Assembly (NCBI GenBank): GCA_965202585.1
Contig: OZ241831.1
Span: 14,880,001 to 14,944,000, forward strand
Source of the DNA: Thalia democratica
Lineage: Eukaryota
DNA length: 64,000 nucleotides
Reading direction: 5' to 3'
Positions 1 through 13,615 of the stretch are shown piece by piece; positions within the stretch are counted from its first letter, which is position 1, and every line of letters begins with the position of its first letter. The notes under the pieces were generated by a model. The model had not been told where the DNA came from. It made no database searches and saw nothing but the letters and a program-made list of their open reading frames with translations. A program made the translations under genes and the position numbers.

Positions 1-2226
1 GATAAGCTTTCATCAATTATTTCAGCTATTTTTGTTTTGGTAAATCGCGTACTTGTTTATAGTGTTGTTTTTCTTTGAACAATCGATGTTGTTTACATTT
101 ATGTATTTTAATGTATGATTTTTAAATTACTATGCATGTTTATAATCGTGTTTTAGTTGTAATTAAACTATATTTTTAGTGAAACAAATATTGTTTGTTG
201 TTAACAATTGAAAACATACTTTGTTGATAAACCAAAGTAAGTTTTATTCTTATTACTACTTAAGTGTACTATTTTCATTGAAAAATATAACTAGTTTTTT
301 AAGTGACGTAGCGTAACTTTTTTTAATAAGTTAAAAAACAAATAATTGTTGAATGTTTAAGAAAAGTCCACAAAGTAAGAACGATTAAGATAGAGTTCTT
401 AGAAAAAAAACATATCAAGAAGAAAAAGACATCCAAGTTAGTTAATTATGTTAAGCATTCAATTACAGTAGGCAATAAATTAAGGATTATAGCAGTGATC
501 ACACTAGTTTACATCGCAAAAGTTAGATCAAAAATAATGTAAAAGTAGAGAAATCACAGCAAGCTTAACTGTTCAATTAATAATGGAAAGCGATAAAATA
601 TAGTTTGGAAGTAAACAGTGTTGTTCAGAGTTCTTTGATCCTTTATCATCACAAAGTAGATTTAGTATGTAAATTTGTGTCATTGAGTTTAGTACACATT
701 AGAAGCTTGCATCAATGACTGGTGATCCACGTAAGCTTTAGACTCATGGAAAATACAAAGAAAAAACAAATGATTTTTGGAGTTGTCTCATATACAGTAT
801 AAAAAAGAGATCAAGTTGTTCATTTTTTCTTTTGTATCATGTTTTTATGTGTCGACGTTTTTGTTTGATAGAGCCACAAACAATTTGAGTTCAACGAAAC
901 AAGTTTAAATATTTGTAAATATTTCAACTGTACTCTTAAACTATTGTTGTACTGAAACTGTATGTTTGTTTTGAACAGTCGCTGTTGTATACATTAATGC
1001 ATTGTACAACTTTCAATCTGCTTTTTATGGTTTCAGTTGCATTCTAACTAACAAGACTAGTATACTTTGAAAAATTAAACCTCAGTTTAATTCTTATCTT
1101 TGACTAAAGTGTTTTTGATATCAATACAAATTCAAGTTTTCTTCTCATTATAATCAACTGAAATTTGAATTTGAAAATTTAACAAATTTTTTCAGTGACA
1201 TGGTATTATTTTAGATATTTCATTTATAAAACTTATTTTGATATTAAAAATAACATTGTCTGTTTGAAAAACTTGTCCACAAAGTAAGCATGAATAAGAA
1301 TAAATTTTGTTTAATATACCTATTGAAAAACATTTTTACCTAACATTCAAATACTATTAAGAAAGGAAAACAGATAAATATTATCATTTAGAAGTAAAAT
1401 GTTTAGATACATAAGTAACTGGTTAAATCAGTTGGTGGTCCTTATTATTTTAGATTTATAACCAACATAACTTAGAACAAGCAATTAGAGTTACTTTAGG
1501 TCATCAAGTTGTCTAACACCTAGTCTAAACAAGTAACTTTACCATGAAAATAATAAAACAAGCATTTTTTAACCGTGTTTAAGCTAATGAATTGGTTTGT
1601 ATCATAGGGTGATGTTTTGGCTTGAAATGATATCTTAAATAAGCTAAATAGATGTCAGCCTTGTAGGTGGGAATACTTAAATGTGTTTGAAATTCACATT
1701 TGTTATCTTTTGTTCTGAACTTTTATTTCTATTTATATACTTATAACTTTTTAAAACATTTTACATGGTTTCAACTGCATTTAAGTTGATAAAAAGAAGA
1801 CGTTTAAAAGTTAAACCTTTGTTGTGTTGCTGATAATCAACAACAACTTAAAAATGTAACAAAAACTAAGGTTTTTTTTTGTTATAAGTTGAGTATACGT
1901 TACTGTATTATCTTTTTTTAAACACTTATTTACTGAATGTTTTAACAGAAATTCAACAAATGAACAAGAAGTTGTATAGAAAAAAAAAGTTCACGGACAA
2001 CGTATTGAAGTTAGTTAAATCCTTTTTTACAGATACTACTGTTTTTTCAAATTAGACTTATGCAATGGTAACCATAAGATTAAAACTTAAAAGTACGACA
2101 AATTTTAAATCAAACAACTAAAGTGTTTGATCTTTTAATTCTTATAACAACCAGTTTGTTTGTACAATTATCAATTTGTGGCTTGTACTTTAAGTAGATA
2201 TCAATAGCCGGTTTTGTTCAAATGGT

Positions 2227-2242
2227 GGTCCTAAAAAGGACC
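2227..2242 (-). terminator. Histone mRNA 3' stem-loop (H2B; repeated in every unit)
   Basis: Minus strand GGTCCTTTTTAGGACC followed by ACCA. Confidence 0.95.
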
Positions 2243-2255
2243 GGTTGTTGAGCAT

Positions 2256-2615
2256 TTATTTTGAGCTGGTGTACTTGGTAACAGCTTTAGTTCCCTCTGA
2301 AACTGCGTGCTTTGACAACTCGCCGGGGAGCAAGAGCCTGACAGCAGTTTGAATTTCGCGGCTGCTCACAGTTGACCTCTTGTTGTAATGAGCCAAACGT
2401 GAAGCCTCTGCTGCAATGCGCTCGAAGATGTCGTTGACAAATGAGTTCATGATTCCCATCGCCTTGCTGGAAATTCCGGTGTCGGGGTGCACTTGCTTCA
2501 AAACTTTGTACACGTAGATGCCGAAGCTTTCTTTGTGCCTCCTCCTTCGCTTCTTCTTGCCGTCGACCGGGGTGGTCTTGGCTACTGACTTCTTTGCGCC
2601 TTTGGTTGCGGTCAT
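2256..2615 (-). CDS. H2B: Histone H2B (unit 1)
   Basis: [17 protein letters not shown]...AVTKYTSSK histone fold; intronless; stem-loop 13 nt after the stop. Confidence 0.99.
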   Translation of the reverse strand: MTATKGAKKSVAKTTPVDGKKKRRRRHKESFGIYVYKVLKQVHPDTGISSKAMGIMNSFVNDIFERIAAEASRLAHYNKRSTVSSREIQTAVRLLLPGELSKHAVSEGTKAVTKYTSSK

Positions 2616-2663
2616 GATGATGTGTGAACTTCAGTCTCGGCGCCAGCTTATATACTGAAAGTT

Positions 2664-2675
2664 TATGCAAATTAG
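2664..2675 (+). promoter_or_regulatory. Extended octamer motif TATGCAAATTAG in the H2B promoter
   Basis: Contains ATGCAAAT; 49-60 nt upstream of the ATG, beyond a TATA-like element. Confidence 0.75.
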
Positions 2676-2744
2676 CATTTCCGTACGCGAACGACAGCCT
2701 CTCTCATTTTATGATTCTCTCGTTTGTCGTAAATATTTTTAGGT

Positions 2745-2760
2745 GGTCCTGAAAAGGACC
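2745..2760 (-). terminator. Histone mRNA 3' stem-loop (H2A)
   Basis: GGTCCTTTTCAGGACC followed by ACCT. Confidence 0.95.
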
Positions 2761-2774
2761 TGGTTTGTTTCAAC

Positions 2775-3155
2775 TTAGGCTGATTTTTTTGAAGCGGTCT
2801 TCTTGGGCAATAATACTGCCTGGATGTTTGGAAGAACACCTCCTTGAGCAATAGTGACGCCGCCGAGAAGTTTGTTCAACTCTTCGTCGTTGCGGATAGC
2901 TAGTTGCAAATGGCGGGGAATGATCCTGCTTTTCTTGTTGTCACGAGCAGCGTTACCGGCAAGCTCGAGCACTTCTGCGCTCAAATACTCGAGAACGGCA
3001 GCCAGATAAACTGGAGCACCAGCTCCGACTCTTTGGCTGTAGTTGCCAGTGCGCAACAGGCGGTGCACGCGACCGACTGGAAACTGCAGTCCTGCACGAG
3101 AAGACCTGCTCTTCGGCTTAGATTTGAGTTTTGATCCTTTACCACGTCCCGACAT
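2775..3155 (-). CDS. H2A: Histone H2A (unit 1)
   Basis: MSGRGK...[14 protein letters not shown]...VLLPKK. True ATG at 3155; the ORF track extends 12 aa upstream. Confidence 0.99.
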   Translation of the reverse strand: MSGRGKGSKLKSKPKSRSSRAGLQFPVGRVHRLLRTGNYSQRVGAGAPVYLAAVLEYLSAEVLELAGNAARDNKKSRIIPRHLQLAIRNDEELNKLLGGVTIAQGGVLPNIQAVLLPKKTASKKSA

Positions 3156-3233
3156 CTTGTTGTTCGAATGATTGTGCCAAGATGCTCGCACAGCTCTGTA
3201 TAAAACTCAAACCTAACCGCGTCGAACGAACAA

Positions 3234-3245
3234 CTAATTTGCATA
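3234..3245 (-). promoter_or_regulatory. Extended octamer motif in the H2A promoter
   Basis: CTAATTTGCATA on +; the same 12-mer as at H2B, inverted. Confidence 0.75.
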
Positions 3246-3318
3246 TGTCGTAGCTGCTCTTTAATCTTGTCAAAATGTTTGTTCAGCAGTGTTGAAGAAA
3301 TTTGATTTTGAAATGGGT

Positions 3319-3334
3319 GGTCCTAAAAAGGACC
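3319..3334 (-). terminator. Histone mRNA 3' stem-loop (H4)
   Basis: GGTCCTTTTTAGGACC followed by ACCCA. Confidence 0.95.
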
Positions 3335-3349
3335 GAGTTTGCTAGATGT

Positions 3350-3694
<345 letters not shown>

Positions 3695-3735
3695 TTATTT
3701 ATAAGCTGTTACGGACGCGTACGGTTACTACTAAA

Positions 3736-3747
3736 CTAATTTGCATA
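3736..3747 (-). promoter_or_regulatory. Extended octamer motif in the H4 promoter
   Basis: CTAATTTGCATA on +; TATAAATA-like box near 3695-3704. Confidence 0.75.
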
Positions 3748-3819
3748 CTCAGAAAAGTCTCTAACTTACATTCTTTCGTTTGGTTTATTTTCTCTCACTA
3801 TCAAACAAAGTTTAAAAGT

Positions 3820-3835
3820 GGCCCTGAAAAGGACC
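3820..3835 (-). terminator. Histone mRNA 3' stem-loop (H3)
   Basis: GGTCCTTTTCAGGGCC (one U-G pair) followed by AC. Confidence 0.95.
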
Positions 3836-3850
3836 GGTTTTAGCTAATGC

Positions 3851-4387
<537 letters not shown>

Positions 4388-4415
4388 TCATTTTTTGTTA
4401 ATATTTTGATTGAGT

Positions 4416-4431
4416 GGTCCTGAAAAGGACC
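4416..4431 (-). terminator. Histone mRNA 3' stem-loop (H1)
   Basis: GGTCCTTTTCAGGACC followed by ACTCA. Confidence 0.95.
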
Positions 4432-4448
4432 TTGGGTAAAAGAACAAC

Positions 4449-5033
4449 TTATTTCTTGCAGCTCTTCTTGGTACTTGCCTTCTTAGATGCTTTTTTGGCT
4501 ACCGGCTTCTTCTTGGTTACTTTCTTCTTCTTGCTTGCAGCTTTTTTAGATGCTGCTTTCTTAGGAGCACACTTTTTAGCAGGTCGCTTTTTGGCTGCTG
4601 GTTTTTTCGCTGCCTTCTTGGGAGCACACTTCTTTACTCGTTTCTTTGCTGCGGCCTTCTTTACTGCTGGCTTTTTAGCTACTTTTTTTGTCCTCTTCTT
4701 GGGACCAGCAGCTGGCATTGGAGCAAGCTTGAACGAGCCGGAAGCGCCTTTTCCAGTAGTCTGGAGAAAAGAACCTTTGGTCACGCCGCTGGTAAGTGCT
4801 CTCTTCAAGTGAGAATTAGAAGCTGAAAGGTCAAGCTTGTAGGTGTCCGCGATATATTTTTGTATCTTCTGGCGGGATGTACCTTTTCGTTCCTTCATTG
4901 CTCCCAGGGCAGAGCTAATCATCTCCCTGTAAGTCGGGTGTTCTGCCTTCTTGGCGCTTGGTCTCTTGGAAGACCTGGCCTTGGCTGCGGCCGCCGCTGC
5001 TACTGCTGGTGCTGCTACTGCTGTGGTAGACAT
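4449..5033 (-). CDS. H1: Linker histone H1 (unit 1)
   Basis: Globular domain HPTYREMI...GKGASGSFKL, Lys/Ala-rich tail, 3' stem-loop. Confidence 0.96.
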   Translation of the reverse strand: MSTTAVAAPAVAAAAAAKARSSKRPSAKKAEHPTYREMISSALGAMKERKGTSRQKIQKYIADTYKLDLSASNSHLKRALTSGVTKGSFLQTTGKGASGSFKLAPMPAAGPKKRTKKVAKKPAVKKAAAKKRVKKCAPKKAAKKPAAKKRPAKKCAPKKAASKKAASKKKKVTKKKPVAKKASKKASTKKSCKK

Positions 5034-5499
5034 TTTGTATGTATTTTAAAGCAACCGAAACAATACTTTTAGTAGTTACTGACTGTGACGAATTGACTGT
5101 TGAGCAGTTTTACTTTGTGAAGTACCTTTTACTGATTGTTACGAGCATTAGCATGTGAGTTTAAAGCGCATATGCTCATAAAAGCATAGTTATTTTTTTA
5201 CGAACGTCAAAAACATTCCAGTGACAAAGAAACCAGACTTAGCCTGGTCGGAAACAGAGTTTTTTTTAAAGCTTAGCTTTAAAGGTCCAGAAAAACAGTC
5301 TAAAAGTTACAGCACACCTCTGCATTTAATGATATAAACCTCAAATGAAACAAAATATACTACTACACATCCGGTTTAGTTTTCTTCAGCTGCAAACTTA
5401 AAACTGTAAGATTTTAGACAAGCACAAGTGTTTTTTTCCACTTCAAGCTTAAGTTAAGTTTTATTATTTTAATTTCATTCGGTTTTGTCAATTGTAAAA

Positions 5500-8400
5500 C
5501 CCATGAAGTATGTTTAACTTGATTACAACTTTAATTGTGCTGGTTAGTAAAAAGTAATTCATAAACAAACACAAGTATTTAATTTATGACACTTTACAAG
5601 TTATCATTACTTTAAGTATACTTATATTGAAAATGGCAGTACTAAACCACCTAAAAAAACTTAAGTACATAAGTTTTGAATTTGTTCTTCCACATACTAG
5701 TAACTTATCTTTTCAAAAATGTTCTGAACAGTAGCCATACAAAACTTGTTAAAAAGCTAGAAACTAATGTTTAACAAAGTTTGTTATATAAAACAGTCCC
5801 AACTAGTTACTAGTATTTCACAGTTAGAAAAATTTGAAACAACTTTTTAAAACTGTTACACAGTTGTTTAGATTTTTTAACAACGTTTTATTTGTTATAC
5901 TCAAAGCTGAACTAACAACTTTTTCTTTGTAGATTTCATGAAAAGAAAGCGAACAAATGGATTTGATCGTAACTTTCCAAAACAAGACGAAATAACTTAC
6001 ACTTAAATGAATATCAGTACTGTTCACTTATGTTCAAAGAAAAGGACCGAAATTTCAATATGAAGTTTAAAAGAGTTGCTTATTTTGAGACGAAAAACTT
6101 TACTTAGAAAAAGAGGTTAGGCTAATTTTAAAAGTAGTATCAAGTAAGTAACGATCATAAAAAAAAATATCAGTGTTTCATAACTAATTTGAAAAACTAG
6201 ATTGGATAAACTTTTTTTTACATTCAGTACTCATAAACTTGCGATGTGTTTAAGAAAGTCTATTTGACAATCATTTGTTGGATTAGTTCTTCATACTTAT
6301 TATGAAAGTTTCTAGTTTATCTTAAACATTTTCAATAATAAATGACACACTAACTAGACTGTCATTTAGTTGTAGACTTATTTTGTCTGTTGCTTTCATT
6401 TTGCTATTTATATAAAAGCCATAACTTTATTTTTTATAAGCGTTTCGTTCTGCTCTAGACTTTTAACAAATATTACTTGAAATAAACAGTTGCAGTAGTT
6501 TTTAGTTATCAAGTTGTCTCATACACAGTCTTCAATAAAGTTACAAAGCTGTTTACTTCTTTTCCTTTGCATAATGTTTCAGCTATTGGTTTTTTTACGC
6601 GTTGATGTTTTATGTTAAAAATCCATAAGCAACTAAGTTTAATAAAACAAGTCTAAGATTTGTAAAAAAATTCAACTTTGCTATTCATGACAGTTGTACT
6701 GAAATTGAATGCTTTTTGGTCGTTTTTTTTCTTTAGAACAATCACTGTTGTTTACATTTATTTATGTTTGAAAATACATTTTGATAAGCATGATCAGTAT
6801 AATTTTCATGAATAAACCTCTACTGTTCAAGTATTTTTAAAAATAAAACGAAATTTATTAAAACTAACTGTTTTATTTTCATTCCATAATGAAATTACTT
6901 TTTATAGTGACGTAGAACAAGTTTTAAAAATTAAGTTTAGTATTTATTAAATTAAAAAAAAGTCTACGAAGTAAGCATGGTTGAGAATTTTTTTTTGTCT
7001 AAATAAAGAAGTTAACAAGAAAAAGCCTTTGGACAACACGTTTAAGTTAGTTGAAGCTTTTTATGAAACATCAAATTACAACTAGTTTACAAAACTTATT
7101 CCACGATTTAGGCAATACTTTCAAAACATAAAACTAGCTCTCTTATCAAAAGTTGCTTAGAATGTCCAGTAAAAGTACAAAGGCAATAGTAAGTATGCAT
7201 AACTAGGTGACAAAAGAAAAGACAGAAAAAATATTATTTAGAAGTAAAATGTGTCATTCAACTAGCTCTAACTCTTACTTTTGATCCTTTACCACCACAA
7301 AGTTGGTTGAGTTGCACATTTTTGTTGTTTGTTTAACACTGCTTAGTAGACTTTAAAGCTGGTTAAATAAACTGGTTGTCCTGATTACATTAGATTAACT
7401 TGATAAAGCTATAAGTAATGCTAGATCAACTAAAAGATGTAAGCTTTTTAAAGTTTTAATAGATTCGAAATGTTCTTTTTCGTTCATGTTGTGATGCATA
7501 TATGTTGTTTTTTGTTTATGTATTTATGAGTTGTAATGCATGTTTTAAATGTGTTTTAGTTAAAGTTATTTTCTGAAACGATACAACATAAATTAGACCC
7601 AAAGCTAAACTAATTTTCAACTTGATAAATCTGTGAACAATTTGAGTTCAATAAAAAGCTTTTTAAAAAGAATTCGGTTGTAATACATGATGGTTGTTGT
7701 ACTGAAATTGCAGTTTTGTTGATTTTTTTATTTTGGTTTGAACAGCTTCTGTTGTTAACTGTATTTTAAACTGTTTTATTTAGTTTGAGTTGCATTGTAA
7801 TAAAAAGAAATAATACATTTTAGAAACTACTGGTTTATTAGATTGTAATTGTTAATATCCAAAGTTAATTTTGTTTTGTTATAATTTAATGTATTATTTT
7901 CATATAAAATCTAATACTTTTTACAGTGACGTAGAACAGTATTTTTTAAATAAACTAAATACTTTTTTAATTTTACAAAAAGAAGTATACAAAATAAGCA
8001 TAACGGGAATAAGTTTTGTTTAAAGAAAGAAGTTTACAAGAAAATCTTATGGACACAAAAATCAAGTTAGTTGAAGCTTTCTGCGAAACGTATATTTATT
8101 TGTAATGTAACAGACTTAAGCAATGGTTTTTAAATGCAACTAGCTCCCTCCTCAAAAGTAGTTTAAAATGTCATGTAAGAGAACAAAAACAATTGTAAAT
8201 ACAAGTATGTGACAAAAAGTTAAAACACAAAAGTATAAGTTAGAAGTAAACTGTTTCATACAAACATTCTAACTCACCTTTTACCAGCACAAAAAACAAT
8301 AAGTTTGGTTCGTTTTTGTCGTCTAGTTAGAGCTTGTTTAATGCTGCTTAGTGGACATTGATATCTGGTTGAATCAGTTGGTGGTCCTTATCACTTTAGA

Positions 8401-10843
8401 CTTATAACAGAAATAACTATAGACTGTAAAAGTCGTTTTAAGTCATCAAGTTGTCTCACATATAGTTGTAACAAGTAATACAAATGAGTGGTGACAAGCT
8501 GTTACTTCTTTTCCTTTCAGCTTATAAATTGAGTTCTTTCATGTATTCGACTAGTTAAGCAATTAAAAACAAACTAAATAGATGTCAGCTTTGTAAAATA
8601 AAAGTTTTAATGATAAGCTTTCATCAATTATTTCAGCTATTTTTGTTTTGGTAAATCGCGTACTTGTTTATAGTGTTGTTTTTCTTTGAACAATCGATGT
8701 TGTTTACATTTATGTATTTTAATGTATGATTTTTAAATTACTATGCATGTTTTTAATCGTGTTTTAGTTGTAATTAAACTATATTTTTAGTGAAACAAAT
8801 ATTGTTTGTTGTTAACAATTGAAAACATACTTTGTTGATAAACCAAAGTAAGTTTTATTCTTATTACTACTTAAGTGTACTATTTTCATTGAAAAATATA
8901 ACTAGTTTTTAAAGTGACGTAGCGTAACTTTTTTTAATAAGTTAAAAAACAAATAGTTGTTGAATGTTTAAGAAAAGTCCACAAAGTAAGAACGATTAAG
9001 ATAGAGTTCCTAGAAAAAAAAACATATCAAGAAGAAAAAGACATCCAAGTTAGTTAATTATGTTAAGCATTCAATTACAGTAGGCAATAAATTAAGGATT
9101 ATAGCAGTGATCACACTAGTTTACATCGCAAAAGTTAGATCAAAAATAATGTAAAAGTAGAGAAATCACAGCAAGCTTAACTGTTCAATTAATAATGGAA
9201 AGCGATAAAATATAGTTTGGAAGTAAACAGTGTTGTTCAGAGTTCTTTGATCCTTTATCATCACAAAGTAGATTTAGTATGTAAATTTGTGTCATTGAGT
9301 TTAGTACACATTAGAAGCTTGCATCAATGACTGGTGATCCACGTAAGCTTTAGACTCATGGAAAATACAAAGAAAAAACAAATGATTTTTGGAGTTGTCT
9401 CATATACAGTATAAAAAAGAGATCAAGTTGTTCATTTTTTCTTTTGTATCATGTTTTTATGTGTCGACGTTTTTGTTTGATAGAGCCACAAACAATTTGA
9501 GTTCAACGAAACAAGTTTAAATATTTGTAAATATTTCAACTGTACTCTTAAACTATTGTTGTACTGAAACTGTATGTTTGTTTTGAACAGTCGCTGTTGT
9601 ATACATTAATGCATTGTACAACTTTCAATCTGCTTTTTATGGTTTCAGTTGCATTCTAACTAACAAGACTAGTATACTTTGAAAAATTAAACCTCAGTTT
9701 AATTCTTATCTTTGACTAAAATGTTTTTGATATCAATACAAATTCAAGTTTTCTTCTCATTATAATCAACTGAAATTTGAATTTGAAAATTTAACTAATT
9801 TTTTCAGTGACATGGTATTATTTTAGATATTTCATTTATAAAACTTATTTTGATATTAAAAATAACATTGTCTGTTTGAAAAACTTGTCCACAAAGTAAG
9901 CATGAATAAGAATAAATTTTGTTTAATATACCTATTGAAAAACATTTTTACCTAACATTCAAATACTATTAAGAAAGGAAAACAGATAAATATTATCATT
10001 TAGAAGTAAAATGTTTAGATACATTAGTAACTGGTTAAATCAGTTGGTGGTCCTGATTATTTTAGATTTATAACCAACATAACTTAGAACAAACAATTAA
10101 AGTTACTTTAGGTCATCAAGTCGTCTAACACCTAGTCTAAACAAGTAACTTTACCATGAAAATAATAAAACAAGCATTTTTTAACCGTGTTTAAGCTAAA
10201 GCTGGTTTGTATCATAGGGTGATGTTTTGGCTTGAAATGATATCTTAAATAAGCTAAATAGATGTCAGCCTTGTAGGTGGGAATACTTAAATGTGTTTGA
10301 AATTCACATTTGTTATCTTTTGTTCTGAACTTTTATTTCTATTTATATACTTATAACTTTTTAAAACATTTTACATGGTTTCAACTGCATTTAAGTTGAT
10401 AAAAAGAAGACGTTTAAAAGTTAAACCTTTGTTGTGTTGCTGATAATCAACAACAACAACTTAAAAATGTAACAAAAACTAAGGTTTTTTTTGTTATAAG
10501 TTGAGTATACGTTACTGTATTATCTTTTTCTAAACACTTATTTACTGAATTTTAACAGAAATTCAACAAATGAACAAGAAGTTGTATAGAAAAAAAAAAG
10601 TTCACGGACAACGTATTGAAGTTAGTTAAATCCTTTTTTACAGATACTACTGTTTTTTCAAATTAGACTTATGCAATGGTAACCATAAGATTAAAACTTA
10701 AAAGTACGACAAATTTTAAATCAAACAACTAAAGTGTTTGATCTTTTAATTCTTATAACAACCAGTTTGTTTGTACAATTATCAATTTGTGGCTTGTACT
10801 TTAAGTAGATATCAATAGCCGGTTTTGTTCAAATGGTGGTCCT
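5500..10843. repeat. Intergenic spacer made of ~6 degenerate ~0.8-1.0 kb subrepeats (same in each unit)
   Basis: Recurring landmarks: GTGACGTAG at 6907, 7926 and 303; GTTGTACTGAAATTG at 6693 and 7696; AAGTTAGTTGAAGCTTT at 7044 and 8064; AACAATTTGAGTTCAA at 7636 and 879; TGGTGGTCCT at 8379 and 1433. The left boundary is approximate. Confidence 0.8.
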
Positions 10844-10866
10844 AAAAAGGACCGGTTGTTGAGCAT

Positions 10867-11226
10867 TTATTTTGAGCTGGTGTACTTGGTAACAGCTTTA
10901 GTTCCCTCTGAAACTGCGTGCTTTGACAACTCGCCGGGGAGCAAGAGCCTGACAGCAGTTTGAATTTCGCGGCTGCTCACAGTTGACCTCGTGTTGTAAT
11001 GAGCCAAACGTGAAGCCTCTGCTGCAATGCGCTCGAAGATGTCGTTGACAAATGAGTTCATGATTCCCATCGCCTTGCTGGAAATTCCGGTGTCGGGGTG
11101 CACTTGCTTCAAAACTTTGTACACGTAGATGCCAAAGCTTTCTTTGTGCCTCCTCCTTCGCTTCTTCTTGCCGTCGACCGGGGTGGTCTTGGCTACTGAC
11201 TTCTTCGCGCCTTTGGTTGCGGTCAT
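10867..11226 (-). CDS. H2B: Histone H2B (unit 2; K85T in human numbering)
   Basis: HYNTRST instead of HYNKRST (T>G at 10991). Confidence 0.97.
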   Translation of the reverse strand: MTATKGAKKSVAKTTPVDGKKKRRRRHKESFGIYVYKVLKQVHPDTGISSKAMGIMNSFVNDIFERIAAEASRLAHYNTRSTVSSREIQTAVRLLLPGELSKHAVSEGTKAVTKYTSSK

Positions 11227-11385
11227 GATGATGTGTGAACTTCAGTCTCGGCGCCAGCTTATATACTGAAAGTTTATGCAAATTAGCATTTCCGTACGCG
11301 AACGACAGCCTCTCTCATTTTATGATTCTCTCGTTTGTCGTAAATATTTTTAGGTGGTCCTGAAAAGGACCTGGTTTGTTTCAAC

Positions 11386-11766
11386 TTAGGCTGATTTTTT
11401 TGAAGCGGTCTTCTTGGGCAATAATACTGCCTGGATGTTTGGAAGAACACCTCCTTGAGCAATAGTGACGCCGCCGAGAAGTTTGTTCAACTCTTCGTCG
11501 TTGCGGATAGCTAGTTGCAAATGGCGGGGAATGATCCTGCTTTTCTTGTTGTCACGAGCAGCGTTACCGGCAAGCTCGAGCACTTCTGCGCTCAAATACT
11601 CGAGAACGGCAGCCAGATAAACTGGAGCACCAGCTCCGACTCTTTGGCTGTAGTTGCCAGTGCGCAACAGGCGGTGCACGCGACCGACTGGAAACTGCAG
11701 TCCTGCACGAGAAGACCTGCTCTTCGGCTTAGATTTGAGTTTTGATCCTTTACCACGTCCCGACAT
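11386..11766 (-). CDS. H2A: Histone H2A (unit 2)
   Basis: Same protein as unit 1. Confidence 0.99.
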   Translation of the reverse strand: MSGRGKGSKLKSKPKSRSSRAGLQFPVGRVHRLLRTGNYSQRVGAGAPVYLAAVLEYLSAEVLELAGNAARDNKKSRIIPRHLQLAIRNDEELNKLLGGVTIAQGGVLPNIQAVLLPKKTASKKSA

Positions 11767-11960
11767 CTTGTTGTTCGAATGATTGTGCCAAGATGCTCGC
11801 ACAGCTCTGTATAAAACTCAAACCTAACCGCGTCGAACGAACAACTAATTTGCATATGTCGTAGCTGCTCTTTAATCTTGTCAAAATGTTTGTTCAGCAG
11901 TGTTGAAGAAATTTGATTTTGAAATGGGTGGTCCTAAAAAGGACCGAGTTTGCTAAATGT

Positions 11961-12305
<345 letters not shown>

Positions 12306-12461
12306 TTATTTATAAGCTGTTACGGACGCGTACGGTTACTACTAAACTAATTTGCATACTCAGAAAAGTCTCTAACTTACATTCTTTCGTTTGGTTTATT
12401 TTCTCTCACTATCAAACAAAGTTTAAAAGTGGCCCTGAAAAGGACCGGTTTTAGCTAATGC

Positions 12462-12969
<508 letters not shown>

Positions 12970-13030
12970 TCATTTTTTGTTAATATTTTGATTGAGTGGT
13001 CCTGAAAAGGACCTTGGGTAAAAGAACAAC

Positions 13031-13615
13031 TTATTTCTTGCAGCTCTTCTTGGTACTTGCCTTCTTAGATGCTTTTTTGGCTACCGGCTTCTTCTTGGTT
13101 ACTTTCTTCTTCTTGCTTGCAGCTTTTTTAGATGCTGCCTTCTTAGGAGCACACTTTTTAGCAGGTCGCTTTTTGGCTGCTGGTTTTTTCGCTGCCTTCT
13201 TGGGAGCACACTTCTTTACTCGTTTCTTTGCTGCGGCCTTCTTTACTGCTGGCTTTTTAGCTACTTTTTTTGTCCTCTTCTTGGGACCAGCAGCTGGCAT
13301 TGGAGCAAGCTTGAACGAGCCGGAAGCGCCTTTTCCAGTAGTCTGGAGAAAAGAACCTTTGGTCACGCCGCTGGTAAGTGCTCTCTTCAAGTGAGAATTA
13401 GAAGCTGAAAGGTCAAGCTTGTAGGTGTCCGCGATATATTTTTGTATCTTCTGGCGGGATGTACCTTTTCGTTCCTTCATTGCTCCCAGGGCAGAGCTAA
13501 TCATCTCCCTGTAAGTCGGGTGTTCTGCCTTCTTGGCGCTTGGTCTCTTGGAAGACCTGGCCTTGGCTGCGGCCGCCGCTGCTACTGCTGGTGCTGCTAC
13601 TGCTGTGGTAGACAT
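13031..13615 (-). CDS. H1: Linker histone H1 (unit 2)
   Basis: Same protein as unit 1. Confidence 0.96.
   Translation of the reverse strand: MSTTAVAAPAVAAAAAAKARSSKRPSAKKAEHPTYREMISSALGAMKERKGTSRQKIQKYIADTYKLDLSASNSHLKRALTSGVTKGSFLQTTGKGASGSFKLAPMPAAGPKKRTKKVAKKPAVKKAAAKKRVKKCAPKKAAKKPAAKKRPAKKCAPKKAASKKAASKKKKVTKKKPVAKKASKKASTKKSCKK

Noticed and set aside
5824-6027. 67-aa spacer ORF repeated in each unit
   Set aside because: AT-rich with no recognisable motif; conservation is explained by array homogenisation.
5200-10800. 5S rRNA, U snRNA or SL RNA linked to the histone repeat (known in some invertebrates)
   Set aside because: No recognisable 5S or snRNA sequence by eye; isolated Sm-like GATTTTTGG hits are expected by chance. 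An Infernal/Rfam scan would be decisive.
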